Assembly (NCBI GenBank): GCA_049942765.1
Contig: CP188086.1
Location: forward strand, 90,001-122,000
Reading direction: 5' to 3'
Length of the DNA: 32,000 nt
From: Candidatus Saccharimonadota bacterium
GTDB lineage: Bacteria; Pseudomonadota; Gammaproteobacteria; Enterobacterales; Enterobacteriaceae
In this document: piece after piece, positions 1-12,927 of the stretch
Layout of the letters: every line of letters starts with the position of its first letter
Position numbering within the stretch: position 1 is the stretch's first letter
The notes under the pieces: model-generated
Databases searched by the model: none
Seen by the model: the letters and a program-made list of their open reading frames with translations, nothing else
Told to the model about the DNA's origin: nothing
Position numbers and translations under genes: made by a program

Positions 1-1
1 A

Positions 2-133
2 GGATCAGATAAACAATTAGTAGGTCAAGTAGCAGCTAATTTACGATCATATCGTGTTCCAGAATTATATAAAGGAAAAGGTATTCGATATGATAATGAA
101 ATTATTAAAATTAAAGAGGCTAAAAAAAAGTAA
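2..133 (+). CDS. rplF: 50S ribosomal protein L6, C-terminal fragment (5' end outside window)
   Basis: Frame 2 reads [43 protein letters not shown], matching the conserved C-terminus of enterobacterial L6 (..YRxPEPYKGKGVRY..). TAA at 131-133. Lies directly upstream of rplR, as in the spc operon. Confidence 0.9.
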   Translation, partial: GSDKQLVGQVAANLRSYRVPELYKGKGIRYDNEIIKIKEAKKK

Positions 134-134
134 G

Positions 135-506
135 ATGTTATCTGTTACTGTGTGTAGTAAAAAACTATCTAGAATTCGACGATCTAGACGTGTTCGTTGT
201 CATTTGAAAGCAATAAATGCTACTCGTTTATTAGTTCATCGTACTTCTCGTCATATGTATGCTCAAATTATTTCATCAAATAATAATAAAGTATTAGTAT
301 CGGCTTCAACATTAGAGAGTTCTATGTTTGTTTCTGTTAAATATACTGGTAATAAACAATCAGCAATATTGCTTGGTAAATTAATTGCAGAAAGAGCATT
401 AAATAAAAATATTCATTCAGTATCATTTGATCGTTCTGGATTTAAATATCATGGTCGAGTTAAAGCTTTAGCTGACTCAGCTCGAAAATTTGGACTTAAG
501 TTTTAA
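135..506 (+). CDS. rplR: 50S ribosomal protein L18
   Basis: ORF-track ORF 54..506 trimmed to the ATG at 135, just after the rplF stop. [37 protein letters not shown] aligns with E. coli L18 (..ARIRRATRARRKL..RLVVHRTPRHIYAQVI). The upstream 27 codons overlap rplF and have no homology. Confidence 0.93.
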   Translation: MLSVTVCSKKLSRIRRSRRVRCHLKAINATRLLVHRTSRHMYAQIISSNNNKVLVSASTLESSMFVSVKYTGNKQSAILLGKLIAERALNKNIHSVSFDRSGFKYHGRVKALADSARKFGLKF

Positions 507-520
507 GGCAAAATAATTGG

Positions 521-1024
521 ATGGCTAATTTAGAAAAAAATATTGGAACAGAATTGCAAGAAAAATTAATTTCTGTGAATCGTGTTTCTAAAACTGTTAA
601 AGGTGGTCGTATTTTTTCATTTACTGCTCTTACTGTAGTAGGGAATGGAGAAGGTAGGGTAGGTTTTGGTTATGGAAAGGCTAGAGAAGTTCCGGCGGCA
701 ATTCAGAAAGCAATGGAAAAAGCTCGTCGTAATATGATCAAAGTGCCTTTAAAAAATAAAACGTTACAGCATTCTTTAAAAGGTTATCATACTGGTTCTA
801 TAATATTTATGAAACCAGCTTCTGAAGGAACAGGGATTATTGCTGGTGGTGCAATGCGAGCAGTATTAGAAGTAGCTGGGATACATGATGTGTTAGCCAA
901 AACATATGGTTCTACTAATCCAATTAATGTTGTTAGAGCAACGTTAAGCGGTTTAAAGAACATGTGTTCTCTAGATATGATAGCTGCAAAAAGAAATAAA
1001 TCTATTGATGAAATTTTAGGTTAA
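521..1024 (+). CDS. rpsE: 30S ribosomal protein S5
   Basis: 167 aa, near-colinear with E. coli S5 (..[30 protein letters not shown]..[25 protein letters not shown]..). Confidence 0.97.
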   Translation: MANLEKNIGTELQEKLISVNRVSKTVKGGRIFSFTALTVVGNGEGRVGFGYGKAREVPAAIQKAMEKARRNMIKVPLKNKTLQHSLKGYHTGSIIFMKPASEGTGIIAGGAMRAVLEVAGIHDVLAKTYGSTNPINVVRATLSGLKNMCSLDMIAAKRNKSIDEILG

Positions 1025-1031
1025 TTATTAT

Positions 1032-1214
1032 ATGAATAATAATATAAAAATTACACAAATTAAGAGTTCTATAGGTCGGTTACCTAAACATAAGGCTACA
1101 TTAACAGGATTGGGTTTAAAACGAATTGGACATAGTGTATTTCGTGAAAATACTCCTGCTATTAGAGGTATGGTAAGAAAAATTTCTTATATGTTGATAG
1201 TAGATGAAGGATAA
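1032..1214 (+). CDS. rpmD: 50S ribosomal protein L30
   Basis: 60 aa; [30 protein letters not shown] and TPAIRGM match E. coli L30. Position between rpsE and rplO. Confidence 0.95.
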   Translation: MNNNIKITQIKSSIGRLPKHKATLTGLGLKRIGHSVFRENTPAIRGMVRKISYMLIVDEG

Positions 1215-1218
1215 TATA

Positions 1219-1659
1219 ATGTATTTAAATACTTTGAGTTCATCTCCATTTGCACGATCAGATAAAAAAAGAGTAGGGAGAGGAATTGGTTCTGGATTAG
1301 GTAAAACTGCTGGACGAGGTCATAAAGGTCAAAAATCACGTTCTGGTGGTAAGATTCGTAGAGGTTTTGAAGGTGGCCAGATGCCATTGTATCGTCGTAT
1401 TCCGAAATTTGGTTTTATTTCTCGTAAACAATTTATGATGGATGAAGTAAGATTAAGTGAGTTATCAAAAATTCCGGATAAAGTTATTACTATAAAATCT
1501 TTAAAATTTTTTAATATAATTAATAGAAATATAAAAAAAGTAAAGATTATTCTTGTTGGTAAAATTAATATCCCAGTTGTTTTAAAAGGAATTCGAGTAA
1601 CTCAAGGAGCTCGTCTGCAGATTGAAGCAGCAGGTGGTAAAATTATTGAGGTATGTTAG
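1219..1659 (+). CDS. rplO: 50S ribosomal protein L15
   Basis: ORF 1204..1659 trimmed to the ATG at 1219. [52 protein letters not shown] matches E. coli L15 (MRLNTLSP..). The 5 extra codons overlap the rpmD end. Confidence 0.93.
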   Translation: MYLNTLSSSPFARSDKKRVGRGIGSGLGKTAGRGHKGQKSRSGGKIRRGFEGGQMPLYRRIPKFGFISRKQFMMDEVRLSELSKIPDKVITIKSLKFFNIINRNIKKVKIILVGKINIPVVLKGIRVTQGARLQIEAAGGKIIEVC

Positions 1660-1665
1660 TATCTA

Positions 1666-2988
1666 ATGGAAAAAAAAAATAAAATCAATAGTAAAATTAT
1701 TAATCATGGATGGATGGAATTAAAGCAAAGATTATTTTTGGTAATTGTGTCTTTATTAGTATTTAGAGTGGGATCTTTTATCCCTATTCCAGGTATTAAT
1801 ACAATTGAATTGTCTAATTTAATGAATAGTCAAAAAAATACAATTTTTGAGATGTTTAATATGTTTTCTGGTGGTTCTTTGAGTCGTGCTTCTGTTTTTT
1901 CTTTAGGTATTATGCCATATATTTCGGCATCTATTTTTTTTCAAATTTTAACGTTAATATATCCTACATTCAGGCATTTGAAAAAAGATGGAGAATATGG
2001 TAGAAAAAAAATTAATCAATATATTAGGTATACTACTTTAGTTTTGTCAATTTTTCAATCTGTTATTATGACGACTAGTATACCATATGTAGCTAGTATG
2101 AAAAGTTTAGTTATTAATCCTAATTTTAATTTTTATTTTTTAGCGATTATGGGATTAGTTACTGGTACTATGTTTTTAATGTGGTTAGGTGAGTTAATTA
2201 CTGAATTTGGAATTGGTAATGGTATTTCTATTATTATTTTTATAGGAATTTTAGTTAGTTTTCCAGGAGCTGTTGGAAATATACTTGAAGAAATTAGATA
2301 TAGTCAAATGAATGTATATTTATTATTTCTGATGATTTTATTGGTATTTTCTGTGACTTATTTGGTAGTGTTAATTGAAAGTAGTCAAAGAAAAATTCTT
2401 GTTCAATATGCTAGAAGACAACAAGGTAGGAGAATGTATGCTTCTCATAGTACTTATTTACCATTGAAAATTAATATGTCAGGTGTGATTCCAGCTATTT
2501 TTGCTTCTAGTTTAATTTTATTTCCTACTACTATTGTATCTTGGTTGGGAAATATTCATTCTTTATCTTGGTTGAAGTTTATTGCAATTTATTTGCAACC
2601 TAATCATTTATTATATATAGTTTTATATACTGGATTTATTTTTTTCTTTTGTTTTTTTTACACAGAGTTAATTTTCAACCCTCGTGAAACATCAGATAAT
2701 TTAAAAAAATCTGGTGCTTTTGTACCTGGAATTAGACCTGGAGAACAGACTGTAAAATATATTAATAAAATAATGTCTCGACTAATTTTGATTAATTCAG
2801 TTTATATTACTTTTATTTGTTTAATACCGGATTTTTTACGTAGTACTATGCATTTTCCATTTTATTTTGGAGGTACTTCTTTGTTAATAGTTGTAGTAGT
2901 GATAATGGATTTTATTGTACAGTTGCAAACTTTAATTATGTCTAGTCAGTATGATTCTATATTAAAAAAATCTAATTTTAAAATTTAA
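1666..2988 (+). CDS. secY: preprotein translocase subunit SecY
   Basis: 440 aa multi-TM protein. [28 protein letters not shown] matches the E. coli SecY N-terminus. Canonical position after rplO. Confidence 0.97.
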   Translation: MEKKNKINSKIINHGWMELKQRLFLVIVSLLVFRVGSFIPIPGINTIELSNLMNSQKNTIFEMFNMFSGGSLSRASVFSLGIMPYISASIFFQILTLIYPTFRHLKKDGEYGRKKINQYIRYTTLVLSIFQSVIMTTSIPYVASMKSLVINPNFNFYFLAIMGLVTGTMFLMWLGELITEFGIGNGISIIIFIGILVSFPGAVGNILEEIRYSQMNVYLLFLMILLVFSVTYLVVLIESSQRKILVQYARRQQGRRMYASHSTYLPLKINMSGVIPAIFASSLILFPTTIVSWLGNIHSLSWLKFIAIYLQPNHLLYIVLYTGFIFFFCFFYTELIFNPRETSDNLKKSGAFVPGIRPGEQTVKYINKIMSRLILINSVYITFICLIPDFLRSTMHFPFYFGGTSLLIVVVVIMDFIVQLQTLIMSSQYDSILKKSNFKI

Positions 2989-3033
2989 AGAGATATAAAT
3001 TAATATATTATTTAACTTTTGAGGTGTTTTAAT

Positions 3034-3150
3034 ATGAAAGTTAGAGCATCAGTAAAAATATTATGTAGAAGTTGTAAAATTGTTCGTAGGAATAATGTTA
3101 TACGTGTAATTTGTAGTAACGATCCTAAACACAAACAACGTCAGGGTTAA
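3034..3150 (+). CDS. rpmJ: 50S ribosomal protein L36 (below ORF-track size cutoff)
   Basis: Hand-translated: [38 protein letters not shown], versus E. coli L36 [42 protein letters not shown] Shine-Dalgarno at 3021-3024. Follows secY as in E. coli. Confidence 0.95.
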   Translation: MKVRASVKILCRSCKIVRRNNVIRVICSNDPKHKQRQG

Positions 3151-3252
3151 TCATATTACTTTTAGATATAAGAATAAAAAAGTAAATTGCTATTTATGAA
3201 TATATCTTAAGTAATTTTTATTAAAATTATATAATTAAAGGGGTGGTAATTA

Positions 3253-3609
3253 ATGGCTCGTATTGCAGGTATTAATATTCCTGAAGATAAGCATGCTATT
3301 ATTGCTTTAACAAAAATATATGGTATAGGAATATCTCGAGCAAGAACAATTTGTCATTCTTCAGGTGTTTCTGAAACTAAAAAAGTTTCAACTTTATTAG
3401 AATCAGAAGTGGAATCATTGCGTGAAGCGGTTTCTAAATTTGTTGTAGAAGGAGATTTACGTAGGGATTGTACTTTAAATATTAAACGTTTAATGGATTT
3501 AGGATGTTATCGAGGGTTGCGTCATCGTAAAAGTTTACCAGTAAGAGGTCAACGTACAAAAACAAATGCTAGAACTAGAAAAGGTCCTCTGAAGTCAATA
3601 AAAAAATAG
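3253..3609 (+). CDS. rpsM: 30S ribosomal protein S13
   Basis: 118 aa; [10 protein letters not shown]..KHAxIALTxIYGIG..[33 protein letters not shown] matches E. coli S13. Strong SD AAAGGGGTGG 8-16 nt upstream. Confidence 0.97.
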   Translation: MARIAGINIPEDKHAIIALTKIYGIGISRARTICHSSGVSETKKVSTLLESEVESLREAVSKFVVEGDLRRDCTLNIKRLMDLGCYRGLRHRKSLPVRGQRTKTNARTRKGPLKSIKK

Positions 3610-3628
3610 TGTTTGGGGTTATATTATT

Positions 3629-4018
3629 ATGGTGAAATCAAATGTTCGTACTAAAAAACGTGTAAAAAAACAAATTTTAGATGGAGTTGCTCATATTCAT
3701 GCTTCATTTAATAATACGATAGTAAGTATTACAGATCGACAGGGCAATACTTTAGGTTGGGCTACATCTGGTGGTTCGGGTTTTAGAGGTTCTAGAAAAT
3801 CTACACCATTTGCTGCTCAAGTTGCTGCAGAACGTTGTGCAGATATAGTGAAAGATTATGGTATAAAAAATTTAGAGGTTATGGTTAAAGGTCCAGGACC
3901 TGGTAGAGAATCTACTATTAGAGCATTAAATACTGCTGGTTTTAAGATTACTAATATTACTGACATTACTCCAATTCCTCATAATGGTTGTCGTGCTCCA
4001 AAAAAACGTCGGGTGTGA
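3629..4018 (+). CDS. rpsK: 30S ribosomal protein S11
   Basis: 129 aa; [23 protein letters not shown]..[30 protein letters not shown] is nearly identical to E. coli S11. Confidence 0.97.
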   Translation: MVKSNVRTKKRVKKQILDGVAHIHASFNNTIVSITDRQGNTLGWATSGGSGFRGSRKSTPFAAQVAAERCADIVKDYGIKNLEVMVKGPGPGRESTIRALNTAGFKITNITDITPIPHNGCRAPKKRRV

Positions 4019-4049
4019 ATTAAATTTTTATAGATAAGGGTCAGATAGA

Positions 4050-4670
4050 ATGGCAAGATATTTAGGACCTAAATTAAGATTAAGTAGACGGGAAGGTAGT
4101 GATTTGTTTTTAAAGTCTGGGTTTCGTTCTATTGATTTAAAATGTAGGATTGATCATCCACCTGGTCAACATGGCTCTAGGAAGCCTCGTCTATCAGATT
4201 ATGCGGTTCAATTACGAGAGAAACAGAAAGTACGAAGATTATATGGTATTTTAGAACGTCAATTTGTAAATTATTATAAAAAAGCAGCACGTTTAAAGGG
4301 TAATACAGGAGAACTTCTTTTACAATTGTTAGAGTATCGTTTAGATAATATTGTTTATCGTTTAGGGTTTAGTTCTACTCGTGCAGAAGCTAGACAATTA
4401 GTAAGTCATAAATCAATTTTAGTAAATAGTAAGTTAGTTAATATACCTTCTTATCAATTATCTAAGAATGATATTGTAAAAGTGCGTTCAAAATCACAAC
4501 ATCAATCTCGTATTCAAGCATCTTTATCGATTTCAGAGACTAGAGAAAAACCATCTTGGTTAGAATTAGATATAAACAAAATGGAAGGTTTTATTCAAAG
4601 AATACCTGATCGTTCTGATTTGTCTGCAGAGATTAATGAACATTTAATTATTGAGCTGTATTCAAAATAA
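4050..4670 (+). CDS. rpsD: 30S ribosomal protein S4
   Basis: 206 aa; [24 protein letters not shown].. and an S4 RNA-binding domain, colinear with E. coli S4. Confidence 0.97.
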   Translation: MARYLGPKLRLSRREGSDLFLKSGFRSIDLKCRIDHPPGQHGSRKPRLSDYAVQLREKQKVRRLYGILERQFVNYYKKAARLKGNTGELLLQLLEYRLDNIVYRLGFSSTRAEARQLVSHKSILVNSKLVNIPSYQLSKNDIVKVRSKSQHQSRIQASLSISETREKPSWLELDINKMEGFIQRIPDRSDLSAEINEHLIIELYSK

Positions 4671-4699
4671 TATATTAATATGAGTAAGTGAGGTATTTC

Positions 4700-5689
4700 A
4701 TGAAGAGTTCTGTGATTGATTTTTTGAAGCCAAAATTGGTAAACATAGAACAAGTAAATAGTACACATGCAAAAGTTACTCTTGAACCATTAGAAAGAGG
4801 TTTTGGACATACGTTAGGTAATGCTTTACGTCGTATTCTTCTTTCTTCAATGCCTGGTTGTGCAGTAACTGAAGTGGAAATTGATGGAGTACTTCATGAA
4901 TATAGTAGTAAAGAAGGTATACAGGAAGATGTTATTGAAATTTTGTTAAATTTAAAGAAATTATCTGTTAAATTACATGGTAAAGAAGAAGTGATGATTT
5001 CAATTAATAAATCTGGGGTTGGTTTAGTAACAGCTTCAGATATTATACATAACGCAGATGTTGAAATTGTTAATCCAGATCATGTTATTTGTCATTTGAC
5101 TGATGTTCATGCATCTTTAAATATGAGAATGAAGATAAAACGAGGTCGTGGCTACGTTCCTGCGTTTATAAGATCAAAAATAGAAGATAATGAAAAAACC
5201 ATAGGTATATTATTGCTTGATGCTTGTTATAGTCCTATTAATCAAATTTCTTATAATGTGGAAGCAGCTAGAGTCGAACAGCGTACTGATTTAGATAAAT
5301 TAATTATAGAAATTAAAACTAATGGAACTATTGATCCTGAAGAAGCAATTCGACGTGCAGCTACGATATTATCAGAACAATTGGAAGCTTTTATAGAGTT
5401 AAAAGATGTTACAACTCCTGAAGTTCATGATGAAAAACCAGGTATAGATCCAATTTTATTACGATTAGTAGATGATTTAGAATTAACAGTTCGATCTGCT
5501 AATTGTTTAAAAGCTGAGTCAATACATTACATTGGTGATTTAGTACAGCGAACAGAAGTAGAATTGTTAAAAACACCTAATTTGGGTAAAAAATCATTAA
5601 CTGAAATTAAAGATGTTTTAGCAGCTAGAAATTTATCTTTAGGTATGCATTTAGATCATTGGCCTCCAGAAAAAATTGTAGATGAATAA
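4700..5689 (+). CDS. rpoA: DNA-directed RNA polymerase subunit alpha
   Basis: ORF-track start (GTG 4688) trimmed to the ATG at 4700, where homology begins. [69 protein letters not shown] versus E. coli [53 protein letters not shown].. GTGAGG SD lies 7-12 nt upstream. Confidence 0.95.
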   Translation: MKSSVIDFLKPKLVNIEQVNSTHAKVTLEPLERGFGHTLGNALRRILLSSMPGCAVTEVEIDGVLHEYSSKEGIQEDVIEILLNLKKLSVKLHGKEEVMISINKSGVGLVTASDIIHNADVEIVNPDHVICHLTDVHASLNMRMKIKRGRGYVPAFIRSKIEDNEKTIGILLLDACYSPINQISYNVEAARVEQRTDLDKLIIEIKTNGTIDPEEAIRRAATILSEQLEAFIELKDVTTPEVHDEKPGIDPILLRLVDDLELTVRSANCLKAESIHYIGDLVQRTEVELLKTPNLGKKSLTEIKDVLAARNLSLGMHLDHWPPEKIVDE

Positions 5690-5735
5690 AAAATTAATTT
5701 TATGATTGTAAAAATAAAGAAGGGATTATAGTATT

Positions 5736-6107
5736 ATGCGTCATAGAAAAAGTGGTCGTCGTTTAAATCGTACTCGTAGTCATCTAAAAGCTATGTTTAA
5801 AAATATGTCATGTTCTTTGTTTCGTTATGAAATTATAAAAACTACTTTAGCTAAAGCTAAGGAATTACGTAGAATTGTGGAACCATTGATTACGATTTCT
5901 AAAATAGATAAACTATCTTATCGTAGATTAGTGTTTTCTAAGCTGCGTGATAATGAGATAGTAACTAAGTTATTTACTGTATTTGGTCCAAGATATACAA
6001 TTAGACCTGGAGGATATACACGTATTTTAAAATGTGGTTTTAGATCGGGAGATAATGCTCCTATGGCTTATATTGAATTATTAGATCGAATAAGAAAAAA
6101 TAAATAA
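5736..6107 (+). CDS. rplQ: 50S ribosomal protein L17
   Basis: 123 aa; [12 protein letters not shown]..EIIKTTLxKAKELRRxVEPLIT..[24 protein letters not shown] matches E. coli L17. Last gene of the alpha operon. Confidence 0.97.
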   Translation: MRHRKSGRRLNRTRSHLKAMFKNMSCSLFRYEIIKTTLAKAKELRRIVEPLITISKIDKLSYRRLVFSKLRDNEIVTKLFTVFGPRYTIRPGGYTRILKCGFRSGDNAPMAYIELLDRIRKNK

Positions 6108-6186
6108 TATCTCATACTTTATGGTTAATTTTTTATGAAATCTATATGATATATACAATATATTTAATATTTTTTTATAGAAATTT

Positions 6187-6214
6187 AAAAAAACGGTATT
6201 GATTACCGTTTTTT
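6187..6214. terminator. bidirectional intrinsic terminator between convergent rplQ and fmt
   Basis: AAAAAAACGGTA-TTGAT-TACCGTTTTTT. CGGTA (6194-6198) pairs with TACCG (6204-6208). The stem is extended by A7 and T6 flanks, so each strand sees a hairpin followed by a U-run. A further T12 run lies at 6221-6232. Confidence 0.7.
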
Positions 6215-6279
6215 AAATTATTTTTTTTTTTTATGTTATATATTTTTTTTAATTGATCTTGTCTTGATTTTTTAATAAT

Positions 6280-7221
6280 TTATTGAAGTATTAAACCTGG
6301 TTTAAAGTAAGTTATTTTAGAATTAATGATGTCATTGGATGTGATGACGTTTTTACCTGGAAATTGTATTTTTTTTATTTTTAAGATATCTTTTTTGGTT
6401 TGTACGTTAATTCCTTTAGTAGTAATTGATATTATTTCTCCTATATTATGTTTTTGATTTGTGGGTTGTTTTTTGATTTCAGATGATAATATTTTAATTC
6501 TATTTTCATTAATGTTAAAATAGCTACTTGGCCATAAACAGTATGCTCGGATCATTCTGTTTATTTGAATGGCTGTTTTATTCCAGTTTATTTTTCCATC
6601 TTGTTTATGAATTTTTTTAGAGTAAGTAGCGTTCAAATTATTTTGTTTAAGATAATTAACATTTTTATTTTTTATATTTTTTAATACAAATAAGATAGTT
6701 TTAGTACTGATATGTATTAATTTTTTTGTTAAGGTTTTAGTGTTATCTGTATTAGAAATAGGGCATGTTTCAATATGAATAATATCGCCTGTATCGATAG
6801 ATGAATCCATTTTTATGATAGTTATTCCAGTTTTTTTATCGCCTGTTAAGATTGCATATTGTATAGGAGAAGGACCTCTCCATCTTGGTAAAATAGATGC
6901 ATGAATATTAATGCATCCTAAAGGAAACATGTTAATGATGTTGCTGGTGATTTTAATTCCATAAGCGACAACAATCATTATATCAGCTTTTAAATTATTT
7001 AATAGTATTTCTATTTTATGATCTAATATATGAGGTTGATGTACAGTTATATTATATTTTTGAGCAATAACTTTTACAGGGGATAATATATTTTTATTTC
7101 TTTGATACATTTTTGAATCAGGTTTAGTTAACACAGATATTATTTGATAGTTAGATTTTATTAATGTAATTAAATGGTGAGCTGCAAAATCAGGAGTACC
7201 GGCAAATATTATTTTTAACAT
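6280..7221 (-). CDS. fmt: methionyl-tRNA formyltransferase
   Basis: 313 aa; [17 protein letters not shown].., [20 protein letters not shown] match E. coli Fmt ([35 protein letters not shown]). Follows def. Confidence 0.96.
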   Translation of the reverse strand: [313 protein letters not shown]

Positions 7222-7241
7222 AGAATTTATTTTTTAATGTT

Positions 7242-7736
7242 TTATTTGAGATTTAATTGTTTTTTGATTTTTTTGTGAATTCTATTTCTTTTTAGTGTTG
7301 ATAAATAATCAATAAATAATGTTCCTTTAAGATGATCCATTTCATGTTGAATACATACTGCGAGTAATGATGATGCAAGTATTTCTATATGATTACCTGT
7401 TTGGTTCATAGCTATGACTTTAATGAATGATGATCTATGAATTTTAGCTTTATAGTTTGGGATAGATAGGCATCCTTCTTCAAGGTAAGAGTTTCCATTA
7501 TAGTATGTAATATATGGATTTATGAGTATATGTTCTTGTTTTTGATCAACATTGATAACAATAATATTAAGATGAATACCAATTTGTGGGGCAGCTAATC
7601 CTATGCCATCATAGAAATACATAGTTTCTAACATATTATTAATAATATTTTTTATATTTTTATTAAAGATTTTAACAGGTTTAGATTGCATTCGTAATAT
7701 AGGATTAGGATAATGGATTAGATTTAATAGTGACAT
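7242..7736 (-). CDS. def: peptide deformylase
   Basis: 164 aa with the three deformylase metal-site motifs GIGLAAPQ, EGCLSIP and QHEMDHL. Confidence 0.96.
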   Translation of the reverse strand: MSLLNLIHYPNPILRMQSKPVKIFNKNIKNIINNMLETMYFYDGIGLAAPQIGIHLNIIVINVDQKQEHILINPYITYYNGNSYLEEGCLSIPNYKAKIHRSSFIKVIAMNQTGNHIEILASSLLAVCIQHEMDHLKGTLFIDYLSTLKRNRIHKKIKKQLNLK

Positions 7737-8071
7737 AAATATTCTATATATATATGTTTTAAGTGAATATATTAAATATTATTATAAACTATTTCAGATT
7801 TAATTAAAGGTTAAATTCACTATTTTTATATAGTATGCATAATATAATGCTATTGGATTTCAATTGTTTCATACAGTAATTAAATATTTAAGGTTTTTAA
7901 TATATGTAATATTAAGGTTTATAAAATTTTATTTATTTTTTAAAAATATGTTATTATAAATAATATTTTTTAATTATGGAGTTTTTCATTTTTGTTTTTA
8001 TTTATTCTTGATATCTGTATTAAAAATAATTAATTATATTCTTTTATCTAGATGTTTGTGATTATAAAAAT

Positions 8072-8662
8072 ATGTTTATTAATAATAAATTTATTGAGCC
8101 AGATAATTTAATTTCGTTAACAGATACTGTCAAAGAATTACAAAAAAATAATGTTATAGTGTATCCGACTGAATCAATGTTTGGTTTGGGTTGTGATCCA
8201 GATAGTTATAGTGCTGTAATGAAATTACTTCATATGAAAAAAAGAAATATTTATAAAGGATTCATTTTAATATCAGCTTATTATAGACAACTACAGCCTT
8301 ATATTTTGGAACGAAAGATTTCTATTAATCATAAAAAAAAAATGTTTTCTCATTGGCCCGGTCATATTACTTTTTTATTACCAGCGAATGATCATGTTCC
8401 ATATTGGTTAGTAGGTAGATCTAATTTTATTGCTGCTCGGATTACAAAACATCCAATTGTTAGGAAGTTATGTATTCGTTTCGGAAAAGCGTTGATATCT
8501 ACTAGTGCTAATATAACTGGTAAACCACCTTGTCTTAAAATACAGGATATTTATAGACAATTTGGTCGTAGTATTGCATTTTTGAATGGTGCAATTGGTA
8601 GACAACGCAATCCTTCTCAAATTATTAATATTATTACTGGAGAAATTATTCGTCGTGGATAG
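8072..8662 (+). CDS. tsaC: threonylcarbamoyl-AMP synthase TsaC (YrdC)
   Basis: 196 aa; VIVYPTESMFGLGCDPDSYSAVMKLLHMKKR..KGFILISA versus E. coli TsaC [42 protein letters not shown]. Upstream of aroE as in E. coli. Confidence 0.92.
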   Translation: MFINNKFIEPDNLISLTDTVKELQKNNVIVYPTESMFGLGCDPDSYSAVMKLLHMKKRNIYKGFILISAYYRQLQPYILERKISINHKKKMFSHWPGHITFLLPANDHVPYWLVGRSNFIAARITKHPIVRKLCIRFGKALISTSANITGKPPCLKIQDIYRQFGRSIAFLNGAIGRQRNPSQIINIITGEIIRRG

Positions 8663-9476
8663 CAATGTGTCCAATTTTGTTGTAGTTGGTAATCCTATTA
8701 AACATTCTATGTCTCCTGTTATCCATAAAATATTTGCTGAACAAACAGGAATAAAATGCACTTATAGTGCTTATAAGGTATGTAAAAATACTTTTTTTTC
8801 TTTTTTATCTTCTTTTTTTTTAAGTAATGGATTAGGGATGAATGTTACATTGCCATTTAAGCATGATGCTTTTTTATTTTCTGATGTATTAACAAAGAGA
8901 GCTCAGCTATCTCAATCTGTGAATACTTTAAAAAAATTATCAAATGGTATTATTTTAGGTGATAATACTGATGGTGAGGGTTTGTTATATGATTTAAAAC
9001 GTTTAAATTATGTTCAACCACAAGATAATATTTTATTGTTAGGATCAGGTGGTGCTGCATATAGTATAGTTGGTGTTTTGTTGTCATTAAATTGTTCTAT
9101 CTTTGTTTATAATAGGACAGTAAGTAAAGCTTATGATTTAGTATCACGTTTTTCAGAATATGGTGATATACAGGTTATAAAATGGGATTTATTAGAAACA
9201 ATTTCTTTTAATTTGATTATTAATGCTACTTCTGCTGGTCTATTAGGAGATATACTTGAATTACCTAATAAATTAATTAATAGCAAAGTATTCTGTTATG
9301 ATTTATTTTATGATAGTTCTTTAACTCCATTTTTGGTATGGTGTAAGCAACAGGGTGCAAATTATGTTCATGATGGGATTGGTATGTTAGTTAGTCAAGC
9401 TGCTGAATCTTTTTTTTTATGGCATGGAGTGTATCCTAGCATAGAATCAACAATTATGAAATTAGATAAATTATGA
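8655..9476 (+). CDS. aroE: shikimate dehydrogenase (start codon uncertain)
   Basis: Frame of ORF 8586..9476. AroE homology starts at FVVVGNPIKHSMSPVIH (E. coli YAVFGNPIAHSKSPFIH), then NVTLPFKHDAF and LGDNTDGEGL. There is no in-frame ATG near that point. Candidate starts are GTG 8655 (overlapping the tsaC stop at 8660-8662) or GTG 8667. The 8586 start in the ORF track lies deep inside tsaC and has no homology. Confidence 0.85.
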   Translation: MDSNVSNFVVVGNPIKHSMSPVIHKIFAEQTGIKCTYSAYKVCKNTFFSFLSSFFLSNGLGMNVTLPFKHDAFLFSDVLTKRAQLSQSVNTLKKLSNGIILGDNTDGEGLLYDLKRLNYVQPQDNILLLGSGGAAYSIVGVLLSLNCSIFVYNRTVSKAYDLVSRFSEYGDIQVIKWDLLETISFNLIINATSAGLLGDILELPNKLINSKVFCYDLFYDSSLTPFLVWCKQQGANYVHDGIGMLVSQAAESFFLWHGVYPSIESTIMKLDKL

Positions 9477-9621
9477 TATATTAATTTTATGAAAAATATT
9501 TTTTAATATTATTTTTTTGAATAAATTAAATTATATTTAATGTATATTAATTATATTTAATAAATATCGTTATATTATTGTTTGATTAATCATAAAAATA
9601 GTTTTTAACTTAAAAAAAAAC

Positions 9622-9649
9622 TTGACTCTTTGATATCAATATGTAACAT
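9622..9649 (+). promoter_or_regulatory. candidate sigma70 promoter of the tRNA-Glu/23S/5S transcription unit
   Basis: TTGACT (9622-9627), a 16-nt spacer, then TAACAT (9644-9649). Preceded by an A9 tract (9612-9620) that could act as an UP element. Lies about 30 nt upstream of the tRNA-Glu 5' end. TTGAC stands out in this AT-rich spacer. Sequence pattern only. Confidence 0.45.
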
Positions 9650-9677
9650 ATACTTTTGTAAATATAAATTATTAACT

Positions 9678-9749
9678 GTCCCCTTCGTCTAGTGGTTAGG
9701 ACATCGCCCTTTCACGGCGGCAACAGGGGTTCAAATCTCCTAGGGGACA
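9678..9749 (+). tRNA. gltT-like: tRNA-Glu (anticodon UUC)
   Basis: GTCCCCTTCGTCTAGTGGTTAGGACATCGCCCTTTCACGGCGGCAACAGGGGTTCAAATCTCCTAGGGGACA folds as a cloverleaf. Acceptor GTCCCCT/AGGGGAC, anticodon loop CTTTCAC. Close to E. coli tRNA-Glu. No CCA is encoded. Confidence 0.95.
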
Positions 9750-9905
9750 AAATTATATTTTTTAATTAATTTTGTATACTATTTGTTTTTTTTATGTTAT
9801 ATTATTCAAGTTATAATTTTCATTATAAATACATTGCTCTTTAAAAATTTGGCAACAAGAAGAATAATTTCTATTATTATAGAATTAAAACATCTGTGGG
9901 TTGTA

Positions 9906-12837
<2,932 letters not shown>

Positions 12838-12927
12838 ACAACACCAGAGATGTTTTAGATAAATCTTAACAATAAGATTATTATCTTGTTGACAAATAAA
12901 AATAAAAATTATAAAATACTATTTTAG

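Noticed and set aside
54-134. N-terminal extensions in the ORF track: rplR 54-134, rplO 1204-1218, rpoA 4688-4699, aroE 8586-8654, adk 17701-17730
   Set aside because: Homology to the E. coli proteins starts at the downstream initiation codons. The extensions overlap the preceding gene or lack any conserved residues.
1187-1387. 66-aa ORF antisense to rpmD/rplO
   Set aside because: It fully overlaps highly conserved ribosomal protein genes on the other strand, has a low-complexity sequence and has no homologue I recognise.
3158-3187. Hairpin TTACTTTT..AAAAGTAA after rpmJ as an spc-operon terminator, and promoter-like hexamers (TTGCTA 3187-3192, TATAAT 3228-3233) before rpsM
   Set aside because: The stem is 8 bp with a single G-C pair and a 14-nt loop. 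The hexamer pairs do not sit at workable spacing. This cannot be distinguished from background in AT-rich DNA.
7975-8010. Mini-ORF MEFFIFVFIYS* in the def-tsaC spacer, and similar 5-10-codon ORFs in the 25578-26606 spacer
   Set aside because: They have no RBS or conservation evidence. Their length and composition are what random AT-rich sequence yields.
8468-8761. 97-aa ORF antisense to the tsaC/aroE junction
   Set aside because: Shadow ORF of conserved genes with no recognisable domain.
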